64,000 nucleotides of DNA. Source: Candidatus Niyogibacteria bacterium. GTDB taxonomy: Bacteria > Patescibacteriota > Minisyncoccia > JACROR01. A program made the position numbers and the translations under genes. Shown piece after piece: positions 59,469-64,000 of this stretch. Every line of letters begins with the position of its first letter. The stretch's first letter is position 1. The notes beneath the pieces were generated by a model. The model was given only the letters and a program-made list of their open reading frames with translations. It had not been told where the DNA came from and ran no database searches. Location: contig JACPLO010000002.1 in NCBI GenBank assembly GCA_016186495.1, forward strand, positions 6,857 to 70,856. Direction: 5' to 3'.

Positions 59469-60944
59469 GTGAATAGTTTTGAAGAAATTCGCCAAGGGCG
59501 GATTAAAAAATTAAACGAATTGAAAAAGGCGGGGCAAGAGCCGTTTCCGGCGGAAGTTCCCGAAATTTTATCTTTGGAAGAAATTCAAAGTTCTTTTAAT
59601 AAATTGAAAGCCAAGAAAAAGCCGTTTTGGGCCGCGGGGCGATTAATGGCGTGCCGCGAGCACGGCGGATTGCTTTTTGCCGATCTTTATGACGGAACCG
59701 TTAAAATGCAGATTTGTTTTAGAAAAGACGATTTGTCGGAAGAATTGTTCAAAATTTTTAAAGATCAAGTTGATATCGGCGATTTTATTTTAATTGAAGG
59801 AAAACCTTTTTTAACGAAAAAGAAAGAAAGAACTCTGGCGGTAAGCGCTTGGCGGATTTTATCCAAGAGTTTGAGGCCGCTGCCGGAAAAATGGCACGGC
59901 CTTCAGGATGTGGAAGAAAGATACCGCCGCCGATATCTTGATCTTTTAATGAATGATGAAATTAAAAAAAGATTTTTAGCGCGGTCAAAAATAATCAGTG
60001 AAACGAGAAATTTTTTGGAAGAGAACGGCTATTTGGAAGTGGAAACGCCGATCCTTCAGCCGCTGGCCGGAGGAGCCGCGGCCGTTCCTTTTAAAACCCA
60101 TCATCAGGCGCTGGATATTGATCTTTATTTAAGAATCGCGCCGGAACTTTATTTAAAAAAACTTTTAGTGGGAGGCCTTAACAAAATTTATGAGCTTGGC
60201 AGGAATTTCAGGAATGAAGGAATAGACGCGACGCATAATCCGGAATTTACCATGCTGGAATTTTATGAAGCTTATTCTGACGCGAAAAAACAGCGCGTTT
60301 TCGTGGAAAAAATGATCAAGCATCTTGTTAAAAAAGTTTTGAAAAAGAATTATTTGGAATACGGCGGAATAAAAATAGATTTTTCTCAAAAATTTTCGGT
60401 GATTTCTTATTTTGATCTTTTGAAAAAATATGCTTTGATTTTGGATCCAAAATCAGCTTCAAATTATGATTTGGCGCTGATTGCCAAACGGTTGGGCGTG
60501 GAGGCGGCTGATTCCGACGCTAAAGATAAAATTATGGATAATATTTATAAAAAAATTTGCCGGCCGCGGCTTATTCAGCCAATTTTCATTATTGATTATC
60601 CGGCGGAATTTTCTCCTTTTGCCAAAATAAATCCGGAAAAGCCCGAATTTATAGATCGTTTTCAGCTGGTCATCGGCGGATTGGAATTGGTTAACGCTTT
60701 TTCAGAACTTAATGATCCTTTGGAACAAAGGGAAAGATTTTTAGAACAGGATAGAAAAAGAAAAGAAGGGGAGGCGGATGTTTCGCCGAGCGACGAAGAA
60801 TATCTGGAAGCGATGGAATACGGCATGCCGCCGGCTGGCGGCGTAGGCATCGGCTTTGACCGTTTAATGATGCTTTTGACCGGAGCTCAAAATATCCGGG
60901 AAGTGATTTTATTCCCCACATTAAGGCCAAAACCCTCTCACTAA
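59469..60944 (+). CDS. lysS: Lysine--tRNA ligase (class II)
   Basis: OB-fold N-terminus and class II motifs 1-3 (FRNEG, GGLE..., GIGIDRL). Confidence 0.92.
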   Translation: MNSFEEIRQGRIKKLNELKKAGQEPFPAEVPEILSLEEIQSSFNKLKAKKKPFWAAGRLMACREHGGLLFADLYDGTVKMQICFRKDDLSEELFKIFKDQVDIGDFILIEGKPFLTKKKERTLAVSAWRILSKSLRPLPEKWHGLQDVEERYRRRYLDLLMNDEIKKRFLARSKIISETRNFLEENGYLEVETPILQPLAGGAAAVPFKTHHQALDIDLYLRIAPELYLKKLLVGGLNKIYELGRNFRNEGIDATHNPEFTMLEFYEAYSDAKKQRVFVEKMIKHLVKKVLKKNYLEYGGIKIDFSQKFSVISYFDLLKKYALILDPKSASNYDLALIAKRLGVEAADSDAKDKIMDNIYKKICRPRLIQPIFIIDYPAEFSPFAKINPEKPEFIDRFQLVIGGLELVNAFSELNDPLEQRERFLEQDRKRKEGEADVSPSDEEYLEAMEYGMPPAGGVGIGFDRLMMLLTGAQNIREVILFPTLRPKPSH

Positions 60945-60997
60945 TAAAACTATTATTTTTATTCAACGTTAAATTTTATCATTGCCGCGTAATTTTA

Positions 60998-61036
60998 ACC
61001 TCCGCACTTATGTATAAGTGCGGAGGTTTCTTTATT
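60998..61036 (+). terminator. Rho-independent terminator after lysS
   Basis: Perfect 13-bp stem acctccgcactta/taagtgcggaggt with loop tgta, then ttctttatt. Confidence 0.75.
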
Positions 61037-61051
61037 AGTGTGGTGGTAATG

Positions 61052-61145
61052 TTTTCCACAGGGGGGTATTGGAAAATTATTTGAAGTGGTATAAACTACT
61101 AACATAGTGGTAAATTGTGGATAAATCTGTGGATAGTGTGGATAA
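61052..61145. promoter_or_regulatory. DnaA-box cluster (TTATCCACA-type) upstream of mraZ
   Basis: TGTGGATAA at 61116-61124 and 61137-61145 are perfect reverse complements of TTATCCACA. TGTGGATAG at 61128-61136 has 1 mismatch. TTTTCCACA at 61052-61060 has 1 mismatch and is forward-oriented. There are further degenerate AGTGGTAAA copies. Confidence 0.6.
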
Positions 61146-61166
61146 CTTTTAAAAGCATGGAAATAT

Positions 61167-61601
61167 ATGCTAATTGGTGAATTTTTACATACTATAGACG
61201 CTAAAAAACGGATTTCTTTGCCGGCAAAATTCAGAAAAGAGATCGGTAAAGGAGCGGTCATCACCAAAGGTTTGGATAAATGCCTTTTTGTTTACCCGGT
61301 TTCTGAATGGAAAAATTTTGCCGAATGGTTAAGCGCTTTGCCGATGGGACAAAAAGACAAAAGAGATTTGACGCGGATTTTTTTAGCCAGCGCCTCGGAA
61401 GTGGAAAGCGATAAATTGGGGCGGATTTTAATTCCGGATTATTTGAAAAAATACGCCGAATTAGAAGAGAAAGCGGTAATTTGCGGAATGTACAAACGTT
61501 TGGAAATTTGGAATGAAAAAAGATGGGAAAAATATCGGGAAGAAACGGAAAAGCAAGCTGATATTCTGGCGGAAAAAATGGGAGAAATGGGAATAGCTTA
61601 A
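61167..61601 (+). CDS. mraZ: Transcriptional regulator MraZ
   Basis: Two MraZ repeats with DxxxR motifs (IDAKKRISLPAKFR / KLGRILIPDYL). Confidence 0.9.
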   Translation: MLIGEFLHTIDAKKRISLPAKFRKEIGKGAVITKGLDKCLFVYPVSEWKNFAEWLSALPMGQKDKRDLTRIFLASASEVESDKLGRILIPDYLKKYAELEEKAVICGMYKRLEIWNEKRWEKYREETEKQADILAEKMGEMGIA

Positions 61602-61604
61602 TTT

Positions 61605-62510
61605 ATGACCCATACCCCGGTTCTTTTAAAGGAAGTCGTAGAATTATTGAATGTTGAAAACGGCAAAGTATTCGTGGATGCCACGGCTGACGGCGGAGGC
61701 CATCTTCAGGCAATTTTAGAGAAACTTCCAAGAGACGGAAAAATTATCGGCTTGGATCAGGATGAAGAAATGATCGGCCGCTTGATAAAAAAATTCAATA
61801 AAAACAGCCGGCTGAAATTTATCACGGGGAATTTTAGAAATCTTGGCGATTTATTAAAAAATTACCAAGGGAAAATAGACGGCATTTTATACGATTTAGG
61901 CTTAAGTTCTTGGCAGCTTGAATTTTCCGGAAGAGGATTTTCTTTTCTTCGGGATGAACCGCTTCTAATGACCTTTAAAGCCGAGCTTGAACCTTTTGAT
62001 CTTACCGCGGAAAAAATTATCAATGATTGGAATAGAAAAGAGCTTGAAAATTTAATTAAAAAATACGGCGAGGAAAAATACGCGGCGCGAATAGTCGAGG
62101 CGATTATTGAAGCGAGAAAGAGAAAGAGAATAAGGAGAACCGGCGAATTGGCTGAAATTATTAAATTCGCAACGCCGGAAAATTATGAAAAAGGGCGCCT
62201 TCATCCCGCTACCCGCACTTTTCAAGCCTTGCGTCTCACAGTTAATGACGAGCTTAACGTTTTAAGCGAAGGGCTGGCGGCCGGTTGGGAGCTTTTGAAA
62301 AATGACGGGCGGCTGGCGGTTATTTCATTCCATTCGCTTGAAGATCGGATTGTTAAAAATTTTTTTAGAGATAAAAAACAGCAAGGAAAAGCGGAAATTC
62401 TGACCAAAAAACCGATTAGCCCTTTGCCGGAAGAAATCAGAGTTAATTTCCGTTCGCGTTCCGCCAAATTAAGAGTTGCCAAAAAATTACAATATGGCGC
62501 ATTTTATTAA
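61605..62510 (+). CDS. rsmH: 16S rRNA (cytosine1402-N4)-methyltransferase
   Basis: HTPVLLKEV...DATADGGGH SAM motif, downstream of mraZ. Confidence 0.9.
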   Translation: MTHTPVLLKEVVELLNVENGKVFVDATADGGGHLQAILEKLPRDGKIIGLDQDEEMIGRLIKKFNKNSRLKFITGNFRNLGDLLKNYQGKIDGILYDLGLSSWQLEFSGRGFSFLRDEPLLMTFKAELEPFDLTAEKIINDWNRKELENLIKKYGEEKYAARIVEAIIEARKRKRIRRTGELAEIIKFATPENYEKGRLHPATRTFQALRLTVNDELNVLSEGLAAGWELLKNDGRLAVISFHSLEDRIVKNFFRDKKQQGKAEILTKKPISPLPEEIRVNFRSRSAKLRVAKKLQYGAFY

Positions 62511-62820
62511 AATAAAAATAATGGATAATAACCGAATTTACGTCTGCGGTATTTTAGTAATTCTCGCGATTTTTCTTTCTTTTTTTTATCTTCATTTGAT
62601 CGGCGTCAGGATTCAGAAGAATTTTTCTAAAAACGAACTTAGCGAGAAATTGGATTCAGCCCATAAATATTATCAGAAAATGGAGCTTGGTTATATCCGT
62701 GAATTGGCTTTGGTCAGCGAAAAACAAAAAGAATACGGGTTTGTGGGGGCCGGCGAGGTTAAATTCGTTAGCGCTGAAGAAAAAGATTTGGCGCGCGCTT
62801 ATTTTCCCGTTAATCCTTAA
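62476..62820 (+). CDS. FtsL-like small bitopic division protein (tentative)
   Basis: Single TM plus short coiled-coil. Position between rsmH and ftsI as in dcw clusters. Confidence 0.5.
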   Translation: MPKNYNMAHFIKIKIMDNNRIYVCGILVILAIFLSFFYLHLIGVRIQKNFSKNELSEKLDSAHKYYQKMELGYIRELALVSEKQKEYGFVGAGEVKFVSAEEKDLARAYFPVNP

Positions 62821-62834
62821 ATTTGATTTCGGCG

Positions 62835-64000
62835 ATGCTTAAGATTATTGCCAGAAGAATCAACTGGGTTTTTTTATTCAGCTTTTTTTTAGGAGGGTCT
62901 TTGTTGGCTCGCTTGTTTTTTTTACAGATAATTTCGGGTGGATATTACCAATCTGTGGCGTCGCGCCAACGAAATTATTCCGCGGTGCTTGAGCCGCGCC
63001 GGGGAAATATTTATTTTCAAAATAAATCGGGAGAATTAATTACCGCGGCTGGCACTAAAGAAGGTTATGATATCTATATCAATCCGCGACTTTTAAATGA
63101 AACTAACGCTGACGCCGAAGCGCTTTATAAAAAATTAGAGGTTATTTTTCCGTTGAAAGCGGATCAGCCTTTGGCGGAAAAATTAGACCGGGAATATTTT
63201 TTCAACCGTTTAAAGCGGATAAATGATCCTTTTGAAATTATAGTTAAAAACGTAGAAGAAGAAAAAGCGGTTTTAGTCCGGGATTTAAAAATAGACGGCG
63301 TAGGTTTGGCGCCAACCGAATGGCGTTATTATCCGGCGGGAAAAACTGCTTCTCATGTTCTCGGATTTTTAGGATACAATGGCGATCAGCTTGAAGGCCG
63401 TTATGGAATAGAGCAGTATTTTGAGGAAGTGATTAAAGGCAAAAAAGGCTATATTGAAGGAGAAAAATCAGCTCAAGGATTTTTAATTGATTTGGGAAAA
63501 AAAATATTGAATTTGCCTCAGGAAGGGCAGGATGTGGTTTTAACGATTAACATTGACGTTCAGTTGTTTTTAGAAGAAACTCTCGGAAAAACGCGGCAAA
63601 AATGGAGAGCAAAAAGCGCCGCCGGAATAATCATAGAGCCGCGGACGGGGAAAGTTTTAGCGATGGCCAGCCAGCCTGATTTTGATCCTAATAAATATGG
63701 CGAAGCTGAAGACTTGAGTGTTTTTGTTAATCCGCTGGTGGAAAGAATTTATGAATTCGGTTCGGTTTTCAAACCGCTGACCATGGCGGCGGCTTTAGAT
63801 AAGGGGGTAATAACGCCGGAAACAAAATATTACGACCGCGGTTATTTGATTTTAAATAATCGGCGCATTGAAAATTATGACGGCAAAGGCCGGGGAGAAG
63901 TTGATATGCAGAAAGTCTTGGAAGAATCTCTGAACACCGGCGCGGTTTTCGCGATGCAGAAACTCGGCAAAGAAAATTTTTACGATTATATGCAAAAATA
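62835..64000 (+). CDS. ftsI: Peptidoglycan D,D-transpeptidase FtsI/PBP3-like (5' partial, runs off window)
   Basis: N-terminal TM, PBP dimerisation domain, and SVFK (SxxK) at ~63760. There is no stop before the window end. Confidence 0.8.
   Translation, partial: MLKIIARRINWVFLFSFFLGGSLLARLFFLQIISGGYYQSVASRQRNYSAVLEPRRGNIYFQNKSGELITAAGTKEGYDIYINPRLLNETNADAEALYKKLEVIFPLKADQPLAEKLDREYFFNRLKRINDPFEIIVKNVEEEKAVLVRDLKIDGVGLAPTEWRYYPAGKTASHVLGFLGYNGDQLEGRYGIEQYFEEVIKGKKGYIEGEKSAQGFLIDLGKKILNLPQEGQDVVLTINIDVQLFLEETLGKTRQKWRAKSAAGIIIEPRTGKVLAMASQPDFDPNKYGEAEDLSVFVNPLVERIYEFGSVFKPLTMAAALDKGVITPETKYYDRGYLILNNRRIENYDGKGRGEVDMQKVLEESLNTGAVFAMQKLGKENFYDYMQK

Overview
This looks like a streamlined, low-GC bacterial chromosome segment with Candidate Phyla Radiation / Patescibacteria-like features. 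It has split transketolase, an archaeal-type PGI/PMI, no obvious Shine-Dalgarno sequences, many small N-terminally membrane-anchored proteins, and a complete type IV pilus locus. The lineage is inferred from gene content only. Almost everything is on the + strand and tightly packed.

Gene order (all products are hand motif calls from the translations):
- 1-10.3 kb: type IV pilus / competence-pilus locus. PilN/O-like proteins, PilB, a pseudopilin, PilT, PilC, the major pilin, PilD, a hypothetical, then PilV/W/X-like minor pilins.
- ligA, gatC, gatA, gdhA, then convergent tRNA-Asp and tRNA-Met.
- A pentose-phosphate / glycolysis block: 2-hydroxyacid dehydrogenase, pgi/pmi, gap, rpiB, rpe, split tkt, a PfkB kinase and fba.
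- Translation genes: rplY, prfA, rpmE, rpsB, tsf, and a tRNA-Thr.
- An ABC transporter, cyclophilin, tmk and an NDH-2-like oxidoreductase.
- An Fe-S assembly island: nifS, iscU, fdx, nfu, nifS.
- htrA, clpB, scpAB.
- Cell-wall and shape genes: dacA-like, mraY, murA, mreB, a second mreB with mreCD and pbp2, then mraZ, rsmH, ftsL and ftsI.
- frr, rseP, dgkA, proS, greA and lysS.

I found no CRISPR array, prophage, IS element or recognisable defence system. The strongest non-genic signal is an abundant family of palindromic repeats built on the 9-mer TCTAACGGG / CCCGTTAGA. It occurs in four forms:
- three ~130-bp full-length copies, about 90% identical, sitting exactly at gene junctions and supplying stop or start codons;
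- several 70-120-bp inverted-repeat pairs, three of them inserted in-frame inside coding sequences;
- one pair forming perfect 18-bp inverted repeats around a tRNA-Thr that is itself nested between the two halves of a split tRNA-like sequence;
- copies overlapping the prepilin leader/cleavage motif of the minor pilins.

Other notable signals are a cluster of consensus DnaA boxes upstream of mraZ, a ~100-bp near-identical tract shared by the two cysteine-desulfurase paralogues, and a conserved ~60-bp upstream motif shared by gap and mreB.
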